Assembly: GCA_010909165.1 (NCBI GenBank)
Contig: MU008163.1
Coordinates: forward strand, 1 to 64,000
Length of the DNA stretch: 64,000 bases
From: Anthoceros angustus
Lineage: Eukaryota > Plantae > Anthocerotophyta
Direction of reading: 5' to 3'
Shown here: positions 40,001 to 51,936 of the stretch, one piece after another
Numbering within the stretch: position 1 is the stretch's first letter
Layout: each line of letters begins with the position of its first letter
Notes under the pieces: generated by a model
Database searches by the model: none
What the model saw: the letters and a program-made list of their open reading frames with translations, nothing else
What the model was told of the DNA's origin: nothing
Position numbers and translations under genes: made by a program

Positions 40001-43000
40001 GGAGAAGCAAGAAAATAAATAGAATAGATGATTTTTCCTTGAGTAATGAAAGCACATCGGATGCGATCGAACACAAGCATAAGAGCATCTGCACTTGCGA
40101 GCCCTAGTGAGGCAGTGATATCGAAGAAAGAGGGCGAGGGGTTTTGACCAAATGGTGAGTATTTGGTGAGGCTCACGAAGGAGGACTGTCTATACCTTTG
40201 TAGCGCCCACTGTGGCGACTAGGTGTTCAGGCGAACTATGGCCAAGCTTAGCGGAGATTTTGAATTTAAGATCGACTTGCTCCATGTGCCACCCATGGAT
40301 AGATTAAGGTTGAAAGCGATGCGGACTTGACAAGAAGAAATGTAAGCTACGAAGAGTTTGATCAAGAGCGGTTGAGGAGGCCTCACCATCCTTTACCTTG
40401 TCAATTCTGCCTGAGCCTAATCTGCGAGATCTAAGTGCGGCTTATCTCTCGGGCTGCGGAGGGCGGTCGGGCAGGGTATACTGCCGTGCAGGATTGCTCA
40501 GATCACGGGGTTTGAAAGAGAATTGATGTGAGTGTTGGTGCGGTGGCAAGTGTGCACAACGAGCGAAAGTGCTTGCCTACACAAGTATTGGCCCTCTCCA
40601 AACCCGGTGTATTGCACCTCTTTGGAGTATAAGTGCGCCGTTCGGCACTCCAGCTCTTTTAGCATAAAGTGATCATCAAGCACTTGGTACAAAGGTGTGT
40701 CCGTCATTTGTGCGGACGGTGGGCACATAGGTCTTCCTTGGGCTCGGATGCATGGGCATGGGTTCGCAAATCACAGCAGTGAAATGAGACATGTGCATTT
40801 GGATGGTTAGAGGCCAAAATGGGGTTGGAGACAAACCTATCTTTGAAAGCTCTAGCAAAGGCGATTAGCCCTAGGCGGGAGATGGACCGACTACTGATTT
40901 GTCTTGATGTGAGACCATGTGTCGGGATAGGAGGTTGGAGATAGACCCATTAAAGAGCTTGATGAAGCCAACCACTGGTGCCGTCTTTGGAGAGACTCCG
41001 AGAGGTGAACTCACTGGGTGGCAGATGGAAGGCGGCGAAAGCATCAGGCGGAGGAAGGCGGGGTTGTCCGGCTGTCGGGCGAGAGGCTAGAGTCGCCTCC
41101 GATGGCGCGAGGGACCTCGGGGCAGGCGGGAAAGGGAGGCGGGCCAGCCAGGAAAGTCAGCGGAGGCCTCTCTGGCCCTGCCCAGATGCCTGTATTCGAG
41201 ACTCGAAGAATTTGGATGGCGAGGAAATGGCCATGGGCCATGGAGCATGCACACCTACTGCAGCATCAATGGAGGTGGGAGTACTGTGTGCTAAGGGCAC
41301 ATGTGGAGGAGGCTACCTAGCAGGTGGACTCGGACTTTGCCTACTGCCACGCAAAGCTATTAAAGGCAGTAAGTGCGGTCCATCAGCAAACGGAGGCAGC
41401 GGACCCGCAGGAGGAGTCGGAGGAGCCGACAGGTGAAGAAGAGCTGGAGGAGATCATGGCCATAGGGAACCTCGACGCCCTGTTCACAAACGGGAGCAAC
41501 GGAGAGGCCGAGCCCTCAGAGGAGGAAGGGCGCGTGGAGGCACAGGATGCATTGGGGCCTTCAGCTCCGGACTACCATGAGATATGCTTCCCGGACCCCG
41601 TAGTAGATCAGGACGGCAAGGGGGGAGATAGTCAAAAGGCAATCACAGAGGCGGGCGAAGGAGGACCCAGGACCAAGACGGAGGAAGTCCGCTCTCCAAA
41701 ACCAAACCAGGGAGGGCTCGAAGATCCGCACCAGTGGACCCAGGATAACGGGGTAGCTCCAGACCTCCCTCCGTCAGGACCGGAGGATGAGGGGCCCGCC
41801 AGAAGATAGGAGGAGGATCCCTAGAATCTGGCGATGCTGTCAACGGAGGTGGAGGAGGACACTATGGTGAACTAAGTGGTCAGTGCAAGTCCGAGGATGT
41901 GGCCCAATTCTGGTCAGGTCGAGGTCCAGACTCCTGCCGAAAGGCAGGGATCGAGAATAATTAGGCTTGGTGCCCTTTTCGGCGTTAGAAATATGTATTG
42001 GTTTGCCAGGCGAAGGGGTCAACCCGGTCAGTATTGTCGCCATAGGCGTAGGTAGGGTGAGGATCCGGTATCCATCCACGCATGTGGGTGGTGGCGGTGG
42101 GGCCCCTAACGGTTGTAATAAAGGCATAGCCTTTGGAGCTGTTGAAGGGGGAGGTTGCCGTCCGTGTAATGTGATTTTCCTTTCGGGGTTGAATCCGCAT
42201 TGTTGCACGGAGTTCTGCTAAGCGGAGTGTGAATGCGTTGCCCAAGTTACCGAGCGGGCGGACTACCCTGGAGAGGATCTTCTTGGCTTTGGTGACGAAC
42301 CTTAACACATGGTGGTGTGGTTGCAGGTACTGAAGAGCCTTGATCCCTGCTCATCGCGAGCGGGACGGATAGGATAAGTGTGCTGGAGCAGTGGCTCATA
42401 ACGAGCTGGGTAAGCTAAGGGCATGAAGAGCCGGTGGCTGGCTTGTCTGGGACTAATTGCGCGAGGCTGTGTGTCTCGCCACCCGGAGCATAAAGACACA
42501 TGCTGGATGGACTCGGAGACGCGAGAACGGGGAAAGAGTGAAGCTAGAGGAAGTGTAGCACGGATTAAGATGGCTAGCTGAGGATGTGGACGTTTCTTTA
42601 AAAGTCTGGTAGTACTCGACCTCGCAGGTAGAACTTGTCATGGAACACGGTAGGAATGAGAGGTAAGGCAGTGCGCAGTAGACGGTTTTGGTGGGGGTTC
42701 AAGCTGATCAGAAGTTCTAACCTTAGACAGTTAGTGCTATGATGGGTGACCCGCAAACCGGTCTACTTCACTAAGCGGGTTGGGTTGTCCCCCAGGTATT
42801 TCTTCTGGTACAAGGCGAGATTAGCTGCAAGGGTGCCCCTCCTGACCCTGATCTCTGCCCCAAGGTCCGCTCCGGTGCCCTCGCCCTTGCCAACAGAGTG
42901 GCAAGAGGCCGAAGAAGAGGTAGGAAGGGCAGAGTGGGATGCGGCCCAGGGAGAGGGAGGACACTGGCAGCAACCCCACCCCGAGCCCGTCCTATCACCA

Positions 43001-43680
43001 TACCCGAGCCAGAGCGGCCGCTCTGGACTCCTTCACCGCCTCCGGACCCCAAGCTTAGGCGAGTAGAGAAGGAGCTAGCGATTGAGGGAAGGAGATAGGC
43101 TACGGTCTGTAATGGTCGGGACCTAAGGGCCCTGATTGGGTCCGGAGCTCCTAATCCGGACTCCTTCCAGAGATGCAGCGGTCTGCGGATAGGATGCTAT
43201 GCACCCTCGGGACTTCACGGCTATCTCCCCAATAGGGGCGTGGAAGAAACACGGCGTGAGTTCTGCCGTGGGCCGTCATGGTATGCTCTGGGGGCTGCAG
43301 TGAGAAGGGACCCAGAGGTGGAGGCCACTGAGGGATGGTGGAGCTTCAAGGCTAGGCGGCCAAGCGCCTGGCCAAAGGAAGGCGGAGTCCCTCGCGGTCA
43401 GGGAGGAGAAGCGGCCAGATCGGTGAGGAGGCCAGGTCATAACAGGACCCGGGCTGGGGTGCTCCAGCTGTGTGAGCAGGCAAACGCGCCACGGGAGGCG
43501 CAAGCAAGGGCGGAGGACCTTTGCAAAAGGAGAGGAGTGGCCCAAGAGGAGGCGGAGGAAGCACGCAGGCAGGCGGAGAGGGCCAAGGACTTGGCTGAAG
43601 CAGCCCGACAGGAGCAGAACCAAGCCTGGGAGGCTTAGGTGAAGGGGGCGCGGGAGGCGGAGGCCGGCCCCGCCTGGTTA
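37070..43680 (+). mobile_element. Longer copy of the coiled-coil ORF element, including an acidic C-terminal ORF (41324-41809) and a second paralogous ORF (~42746-43638)
   Basis: Collinear with 25260-29805 and continues beyond it; RAGVLQLCEQ..REAQARAEDL resembles RAKVLQLFEQ..QEARDRAEAL. Confidence 0.5.
38804..40837. mobile_element. Noisy duplicate of the TA-flanked TIR element
   Basis: ggggttattctccattaaag ... ggagacaaacc; collinear with 27049-29093. Confidence 0.7.
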
Positions 43681-44435
43681 CAGACCTAGGCTCCCACCCA
43701 ATATTGAGATAACGCGGCGAGCAGCCCTCCGGGGGCCTAGGTCTGCTAAACACTCCACCGTGGGAGTCCGAGTTCGATGGCTGGGGAGAAGTTCGTTAAT
43801 ATCGATACGAACCGGACGGAAACCCTCAAAGTAGTTTGAATTAATAGGCCGACGATGAGGTACGATACATTCCCTTGGGATCAAACCACATACTACATGA
43901 TACGGGATATAATGTGGGCCTAGCTAATCCGCTAGCGAAAGTATATTTATAATTATCATCAAGACATGTATACAAAGACCACTTTATTAATGCCGAGTTG
44001 CCGATTGCATGGGTCCCTGAGCATTTCCCCTTCGCAAACGTTTCACATCTTGAAGCATCCGGAAAGGTCATGATGGAACAACTTGAAACTGATCCAATTC
44101 CAGTTTCGAGAGATTGGCACTTGTAGAACGTGACTGTGGGTATGTAGAGGTGTGACTGCGGGTATGTAGAGGTGTGCAACTGTATGATGCACTTGAACGC
44201 AAAGTCCCACGGGTTGAAAGGTGGATGCCGGGTTTTTGATAGCGCGGTCACAAGGAATATGGTAAGATGGAATGCCATGATATCATGGTATGCTGAAAAT
44301 TTAAGCAGGTTTTGAACAGAAAGATGCAAAACTTGGGCTGATGACGTCTATGGCGCTTTAGAGGTTCAAAATCCACAAGTAAGAGGGCACCTTCGTGTCT
44401 TCCCAGCATAACCCCGTCACTCCATGATCGTACTT

Positions 44436-44924
44436 CCATGCATTTCCATTGGATGAACTTTACGGATGTGAAGTTTGTATGTAAAACAATAGCGATAATC
44501 ATAAAGCGTCTTTTGCTGCCCAAGATAAAATGCTTGATCTTGCCCATGCATTTCCATTGATGAACTTTCCGGATGTGAAGTTTGTATGTAAAACAATAGC
44601 GATAATCATAAGCGTCTTGTTGTGCCAAGATAAAATGCTTCTGATCTTGGACCCATGCATTTCCATTGGATGAACTTTCCGGATGTGAAGTTTGTATGTA
44701 AAACAATAGCGATAATCATAAAGCGTGCTGCTCGCTGTTGCCCAAGATAAAATGCTTACAGATCTTGCACCCATGCATTTCCATTGGATGAACTTTCCGG
44801 ATGTGAAGTTTGTATGTAAAACAATAGCGATAATCATAAAGCGTGCTGCTCGCTGTTGCCCAAGATAAAATGCTTACAGATCTTGGACCCATGCATTTCC
44901 ATTGGATGAACTTTCCGGATGTGA
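44436..44924. repeat. Tandem array, 108-118-bp unit x ~4.3
   Basis: ccatgcatttccatt(g)gatgaactttMcggatgtga... starts at 44436, 44544, 44653, 44771 and 44889. Confidence 0.95.
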
Positions 44925-45924
44925 TTTAATTTTAGAATATACGCTAGCGGGAACGTGCCTCGGCCCACGAGCCACATGCGGAGCTCTCACGGCCCTGTAG
45001 AATCTCTGCTTCACATCGGTCAGATAGGTTCTCCTTCCAGCACCCCAGAGCGTAGACCTGACCCTACAAACACACAGGCCGAGGTCACCATGTTTTCTGG
45101 GCGGTACGAACTCCATTTACATATTTACTTGCAAAGAACGTCTCACAATTCAACAAATTTCCAAGGGGAGCCCACCCACTGTATATAACTGGTTCGGAAT
45201 GCCTTAAGGGAGGTGTCCCGATTATATTTTCCCTATTTAACAATAATAAAAATGTTATAAATCCTAAAAATAAAAATATTTTAAAAAAGGAAAATTTAAA
45301 TTTTGATTGATAGGTTTCACTAAAAATAACTTTTATCACTTCTCTATATAATTGTTTGAAAGCTAGTACTCTCTCTAAACAGTATCAAAAAACCTCTACC
45401 TATCATAAGGAAAAAGCTTAGCTTAAGAGTCTTCCATCACACCTAAAAGTCTATTGTGCTCTAAAATAATCGATTCTTTTTTATTTTTTTAATTTTATTC
45501 AGTAAAAAATTAAAAATCCCATTTAGGGAGGTGAAACTAACATGAATGTATGTTTGGAAAGGTCCCAATTATCATTTAGGGAAAAGTCCCATTTGTTACA
45601 TTGTAAACTAAAGGGAGTAGGATGGGAGGTCCCATTTAGAGAGGAATCCCATTTATAGAGTTCCCAATTAGGGGGGGCCGACTGTCCGTACAATACTGGC
45701 TGCTGGGACTGTGCTGCCACAAAAGCTCACAAAGTTGAGACCCTTTTCTTTCCGACAACGCCATAAAACGGTACATGGTGCGCCTGACAGGATGTCAACT
45801 TGACGCGTTGGCTGGCTTCCCTCTGCCCGTTCCGGGCTGGCATCAGTGAAGACTCGTTCACGAGCCGCACAGCTGTATTGGCCGCCCATGATAGCAAAAA
45901 GGGACCAGTTCCAGAGCCCGGCCA

Positions 45925-46510
45925 TTTGCAAACCCGATAATTTCACGTTTCCAGAAAATGTTTCCTGACCAACAATCCGCATTTAGATTTTTGAGGTACT
46001 TTTTTTGTCTTGAATTACACTGCGACAGTGTGGACGCATGCACGAGTGTAAGACTGTCCTAACGACTTTCGTGTACGGGTAAAACCCCGAGCAAACGCAC
46101 CACATTCCCGTGTTTTTGTTTTCTTGCTGTGGTCTTGCGACCGCATACCCACATGTGCACCGAGTACGGACACGGACTGGCGCTCTCTTTCTTTGATTTT
46201 CAAATGGAATATAGCTAGATTTTTTATTAAGGATGGATTCATCTTTTTCTACTTAAGAGGAAGACAACTTATAGGTAGTAGATTTGAGTGATGATAAGAG
46301 GGACAAGAGAACTCAAACTAAGTTGGGACTTGGACTCAAGTGATATGTACTACAATGGTGTGGAAGATCTTGAAGGACGGAAAGTATTTGCTATATTTAT
46401 TTAAAATAAATATTTATTTCAGTAAAGGATCATTTAACCTTGTCATTGTCCCGTGCATGGAAGTCATTTGCACTCATGATGAAACCTTTGTAAAAAGAAT
46501 CCTGCACATT
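45925..46510. repeat. Diverged member of the 24475-25190 repeat family
   Basis: Shares collinear anchor motifs with 24475-25190. Confidence 0.65.
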
Positions 46511-47331
46511 CATACTTATTTTTAAATTAATTATTTAAAATATTTTATTTCTGATTAGGTATAGTTGTTATAAAAAATAGAAGTACCTAGACAGCCAAGG
46601 TTTTGTTAAATTATGCATTCATTCAGATCAAAACATAATATTAACGGGCCGAATTACTAGCCATATCAATTATGGTATTCCATATAAAATTCCTTTTTTT
46701 TTTGGAGGATCCACAGCTATGAAATATAGGAAGATAAATTACAACGGTACGTCTAGAACATGATATAGGCTGACAACTAGACACTAGCGAATGGACAGCG
46801 GTGAATACACCACGTAGCCAGGACCATGAGCCCAACTTAAAAGCACATTTCATAGCCGCGCTCACCAACCCGGGCACACTTACATCAGCACCATGTCATC
46901 CACTCATTCCTGCATACAATGCGGGTGGGAAGGAAAAGAATTGGATGATATGATCATTCAACAAATTTTAAGGTCACACCAAGAATATTATGGGGTTGAA
47001 ATTGTTTGATCGTTAAATATCTTTTAGATTTATTCATGATTTTATGTCCTAATAATACAAATAATGATACATGTCTTGGTTTGATGTTTTCTTTTATGGC
47101 TCACTTTCAATCCGCCTTCTATGGTAGGAGGCGGGTAACGACTGTTTTCTAAAACAGGGGGTGCACTTTTCCCCTCGAGTAGATCTTCCTTGGATTATAA
47201 AGACAAAAGTTCATTTAAAAAAAGTGGAATTGGATGGGCGGACAAGTACTTTAGTAATCAGATGAGCTGCCACCCATTCCCTAGCTTTATGGCCCTATGG
47301 GGCTACTATTATCTACAATGCCTCCGTCGTT

Positions 47332-47560
47332 GCAGCGTGCACCGCTGCTAGTTGCTAGTGCCTTATGGGGTTACTCGCTGCAGCGTGCACTGCTGCTAGT
47401 TACTAGTGCCTTATGGGCTTACTCTAGATCAAACTCCCATTGCAGGATGACGACGCAATTGCTAGTGCTTACGGGGTTACTCCAGATCAAACTCCTAGTG
47501 CACGATGCCTTCGTAGTTACTAATGTCCAGGGATTACTCCATATGAAACTCCATGTCAAA
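47332..47560 (+). repeat. Tandem 48-59-bp units resembling Helitron 3' ends
   Basis: GCAGCG-tgcac-CGCTGC hairpin followed by CTAG|T (47355-47358), repeated with decay. Confidence 0.45.
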
Positions 47561-48619
47561 CTCGCACTGCAGGACATCGATGACTATTTGTTAGAAGCAA
47601 ACAGAACTTTCTTTCATTCCGCCTCTCGAGAACTCTAGAAACATGTGCCGATGACTGTTTGTTAAAAACAGACAGGACTTTCTTTTATACCTCCTCTCGA
47701 GAACTCTAGGAACATGTGCCCACGTGTCGTTTATACGTCGTCTCCAAAACTGTAGAAACATGTGTCCCCGCTTGGTCAATTTTTGTGCCTATTTCTTAGC
47801 TACCGGATCAGATTCCATCGCATCACAGTATATCGCCTGAAAGAGAAACGTTATCGGTGGACGAGCATGAACAGCGGGACTGGTAATTATGTTCCCGAAT
47901 GAAGAAAGATGGCATAGCCAGACACGTCTGCTAGTACTCCCTCAGCCTAGCCTGGTATGAAGAGCAGTATCACTCATACCTTTCCAATTTATTGCTTTAC
48001 AGGCGGATGTTAATTAAGCTAACATGTAGCAATACTTGCAGACAAACCATATCACGGTTAAAGACAGACACAGCCAGCATACAGCCTTTTCACGAGGATA
48101 CATAGGTCAGTTACGTATGCTCAGCCTGCACACTCTCATCAAGCCACAGCAAATTACAAGGAGAAAATGTCAGCAGACAGCAACCTGTTATGATACACTC
48201 TCATCAAGCCACGGCAAATCACAAGGAGAAGATGTCAGCATACAGCAACTTGTTCGGACAACATGTTGCTGTATGCTTGGAGAAACCTTCAATCACTGGA
48301 ACTTAGTAGGCATTGCCAGAAAACTCGAGTACCAGCCAAACTAAAGGGGGCAGGAGCACAGCTCCCGGACAAAGTACCTTTAGGGGCAGGAGCAAAGCTC
48401 CCGGACAAAGTCCTAAAAGTACTGGAGCTCTTCATACTTAGAACAGCACCACGCCCAAGGGTACAATTTCAAGGATGCTTAGAGGCAAATTCGCTGTGGT
48501 CCTCTAGTTCAGTGAGATACCCTGCACTCTTCGCCAGATATCTCACTCTTCACAAGGTGCCCACGTAAGCCTAACTGGGAGCACCTTTTTTTCTCCTACC
48601 AGGTCGCATGGAGGAGCAA

Positions 48620-48870
48620 ATACACTGTCACTTGAAAGAGCAAAATAGAGTGTCACTTGAAAAGCAAAAGCAATAGGACTCGGACGAGCAAAAACAGTAT
48701 CTTCGACGAGAATGACTTGGAAGGGCAAGAACACCATGACTGGGAAGAGCAAAAACACGATGACTTGGAAGAGAACCAGCGACTATTGGACGAATGAGAA
48801 CAGCGACAATTGGAAGAGCCAACAACGGTGTCCCTTGTACGAGCAAAAGACAATGACTTAAGAGGAAAGA
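48620..48870 (+). repeat. Degenerate ~24-bp repeats, a relic of an (R)LEEQK(Q)-type coiled-coil coding tract
   Basis: gacttggaagagcaaaaaca-like units with in-frame TGA/TAG stops. Confidence 0.55.
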
Positions 48871-50033
48871 TAGTCTGCCTTTGACGCAGGCAAAAAGAAA
48901 AAGGGTTGCACAAGGTAGACAAAGGTTTGATCTTTGCACCAAGAACCCGTCACCTGCTCTCTGCTGTGCCGGAAGTGTGCCTCAGCGGTAGTGACAAAAA
49001 CCAATTTTCTCACCATGCACATTTCTGATTAGATCGTCATCATAGGCACTTCCACTCACTATTTGGAGCTAGATGGCAAGAACCTAATCGAAACCTTCGT
49101 CAAAACTCATGCAACCGAGACGGTGTATGCAGGTGACAAGAACCTTCAGAAGCAGGTCAGACAGCCGCACATGAATATCTACATCTACCTGTGGTTTGTG
49201 TTCAACAATAAGTTCCAGCGAGTGTGCAGATATGCGAGAAGTGATGCATACACTGAAAAGGCCACAGTTTCAGTAGTGCCAAGACAATGTACACACAACG
49301 TTCACGAGCAGCGTACCTCTCGGACTCCATCAGCATGTGTCCTGGAAGCAGCCACAGGATTACTCCACGACCAACCCAGTTACATCAACGAAACCTCCAA
49401 TCAGACCAGCTGCAGCGTCTACGAAGTCATATAGCTCCGGTTCGAAAGGAAGCAAGCTCTGATAGACTTCTGGGCAACAATCGATATTTCCATGAAGCTG
49501 TGAGAGCTTTCCGCCTGTAGCTCGCTGGACACAATAGACCTAAGAAAGTTTGTCTGCCGCATCACAGCGGCGCTCAGTCACTTCTTCATGCTGCGACGCC
49601 AAGCACTCTCAGCAGGAGCTGACTGCCCTAACATACTCCACCTGAGGAAAGGTGTGTTAACATGGCTGCGCCGGATACAGCTCTCCTGCTGCAGGGATGG
49701 CCGAAGTCTCGAGCAGTAGACCTAAAAGTGTGAACGATCGTTAGCGACCTCACAGCACAAGACGGCTGAACTCCCGTCGGCGTGTTCAGACCACCGCAGG
49801 CTGGCATTGACGAATCGCTCGCATTTCACCAGTGGCCACTTCAACCGTAACACCACCTTTCTAGCGTCGATCTTCTTCCAGAGAGACATAAAGGCTCCAG
49901 CCGCGGTAAGTGAAGCTTAAGGAGCCCATCCGCCGCCGCTGGATGGCATCTCTGCAGGTCAGACTGGACCCTTGAAACACATGTTCATAATGAGTTTCAG
50001 TGAAAACCACTGAAAGCTACACCATGACTGTAA

Positions 50034-50222
50034 CATCTCTTGCAGGCAGGCAACCATTGCGTCACCTCTCCTCCAATGACAGTGAGGACGCAAGCCATGG
50101 AAGAGATTTCTCCAACAATTTGACCGGAAAGCTACACTTGAACCGCCAGGGTTGAGCATAATCGTCATATTCGAGTTTGCTTGTTTCCTAGCGTCGTCCA
50201 CCCAGATTGCAAGATGGTTGAA
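50034..50222 (-). pseudogene. Fused gene fragments: RabB/Rab2 GTPase (50154-50222) and BRUTUS-like hemerythrin segment (50034-50148)
   Basis: FNHLAIWVDDARKQANSNMTIML; WRFKCSFPVKLLEKSLPWLASSLSLEE/DAMVACLQEM. Confidence 0.7.
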
Positions 50223-51332
50223 TAACCCCCCAAATGATCCAGTCTCGTCCTGAATCCTGCCCACGATAGATCTAGCATGAAGCTCGCATTCATAATCTGC
50301 AGCTCCACCTTCTCAATCTCTCAAGTCAAGGCCTTTGCACATGCTTCCTCAGATGACTCTCCAGACCATCACCATGGCTTTCTTGACCATCTCCAAACCC
50401 TGCCACCTCATGAGATGCTGCAAGCACTGCACCTTCCAGCAGATTGTCGGCACAGGTGCTCCGTGAAGGAATTGTAGTAGGCATGACCATCTGCTTATCT
50501 ATGCAAGCTACATCACCTATGACTCCTCTTGTAAACCAACTTCAACCAAGGGTAGCTCGAAGAATTTTAGCCAGGGAAGGACTTTGGTAGTATGTGCCAT
50601 ACTCTGTCCATGGCAATACTTTGACATAGAAGAACTTTCCAGAAGAACTTTGACATAATTAGCATCAACTCTACAAAACTCAACCCGCTTCGACATCCCA
50701 TGGTGCTTACGAAAGCTGGCACCTTTCTGCCTTTTCAGCTGACAACTTATTGTTGTTAACATGAGGTCATGATAAGTAATCTCCTGATTTCTCAAGAGAA
50801 TTCTCCCCCACGTTTCCGATGTGTAATCTCCTGGTTTCTCCGGAGAAACCCCAACACTTTGCCGATGTCCACATGTTCATATTCAGCTGCGATAGAAGCC
50901 TCATCTGACATGCTTACGTTTGTCCAGTAGAGAACCTCCATGCACCAGGAGCTCAAAACCTACAAAACCAACAACTTTTCGTAGGTAGACACCACCTGCA
51001 CGCAATGCAGAGCTCCGATGTCAACGACGAGAGGGGAGTCTCCTTAGCTCACTAGAGAGGCTCCCCCACCCCTCCAAGGTGACTTGGCTCCCCCTGTCCG
51101 TTAGCCTGGCCTCCATCTTCACCCTCTACAAGTTTCTGAAGGAAGCACAGAATTACAACGAGCCACATGGACACCGCACGCAAAAAATGTAATCTAAACC
51201 GCCACTCAGACGAAGGACGTAGTTGGTGTGAACCCTATATGTATAGGTGGGTGGTATCGGGGGTAAGCTTGAAGCTGTGGCCCTAAAGCCTGTCGTTGAG
51301 ATCGATCTGCGGCGTAGGCGTCGAGCAAGCTT

Positions 51333-51717
51333 ATGGCGACTACTCCGGCTGATGCCCAAGCTGTCGCGGCCAACGAGCCTGCGCTGGCTACCGAGGATAC
51401 CAAGCTGGAGGTGCTTGAAGACGATGACGAGTTTGAGGAGTTCGAGACGGAAGGTGGGGTTCTTGCTGCCGGAGCTCGTCCCTGCCCTGTGTTTGGCTTT
51501 TACATCACAAGGCTGGATTAGGTTGAGGCAGCCGTTCGCGTGGACTGCAGATGCAGCTAACAAGATTTCATGTTGTCACGCTTTTGCAGACTGGGATGAT
51601 GAGGTAGGAGAGGCAGAGGCAACTCAGATATGGGAGGATGATTGGGACGATGACGATGTGAGCGACGATTTTTCTCAGCAGCTCAAAGCGGAGCTTGACA
51701 GAGCTGCGCAATCCTGA
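51333..51717 (+). CDS. DSS1: DSS1/SEM1 (26S proteasome lid and BRCA2 partner), 2 exons (51333-51453, 51590-51717)
   Basis: LEDDDEFEEFETE|DW...WEDDWDDDDVSDDFSQQLKAEL. Confidence 0.95.
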
Positions 51718-51936
51718 CGTCTATCAGGGTTCATATCTTCGGTCAGAAGGATTCCAACACTCATCAGGCTCCGTGCCCACCTTGCAGCATATACCGAGAT
51801 GAGCACCTACAAGGGAGTAGAGGATGCTGGCACTAGCGGATTGAATGCATTTCACTGATGGCCGCTGCAGCCGCAGCAGGACCTTTGGAAACTTTTAGAG
51901 GTGCATGCCCATGGCTTCAGCCGCGGAAAGGTCAAT

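Larger units (their letters stand above)
29806..41533 (+). repeat. Second unit of an ~11.8-kb tandem duplication of 17942-29805
   Basis: 29806 gtgaaatcacgggacatgtgg matches 17942; the units are collinear throughout; the junction shares GTG microhomology with 41534. Confidence 0.95.

Noticed and set aside
43750-43800. tRNA- or SINE-like GAGTTCGA motif
   Set aside because: No cloverleaf or A-box could be built.
44436-44924. Possible CRISPR-like array
   Set aside because: Units are near-identical along their whole length with no unique spacers, there are no cas genes, and the context is eukaryotic.
50270-50800. Possible PPR E+/DYW fragment
   Set aside because: The resemblance is too weak and there is no conserved motif.
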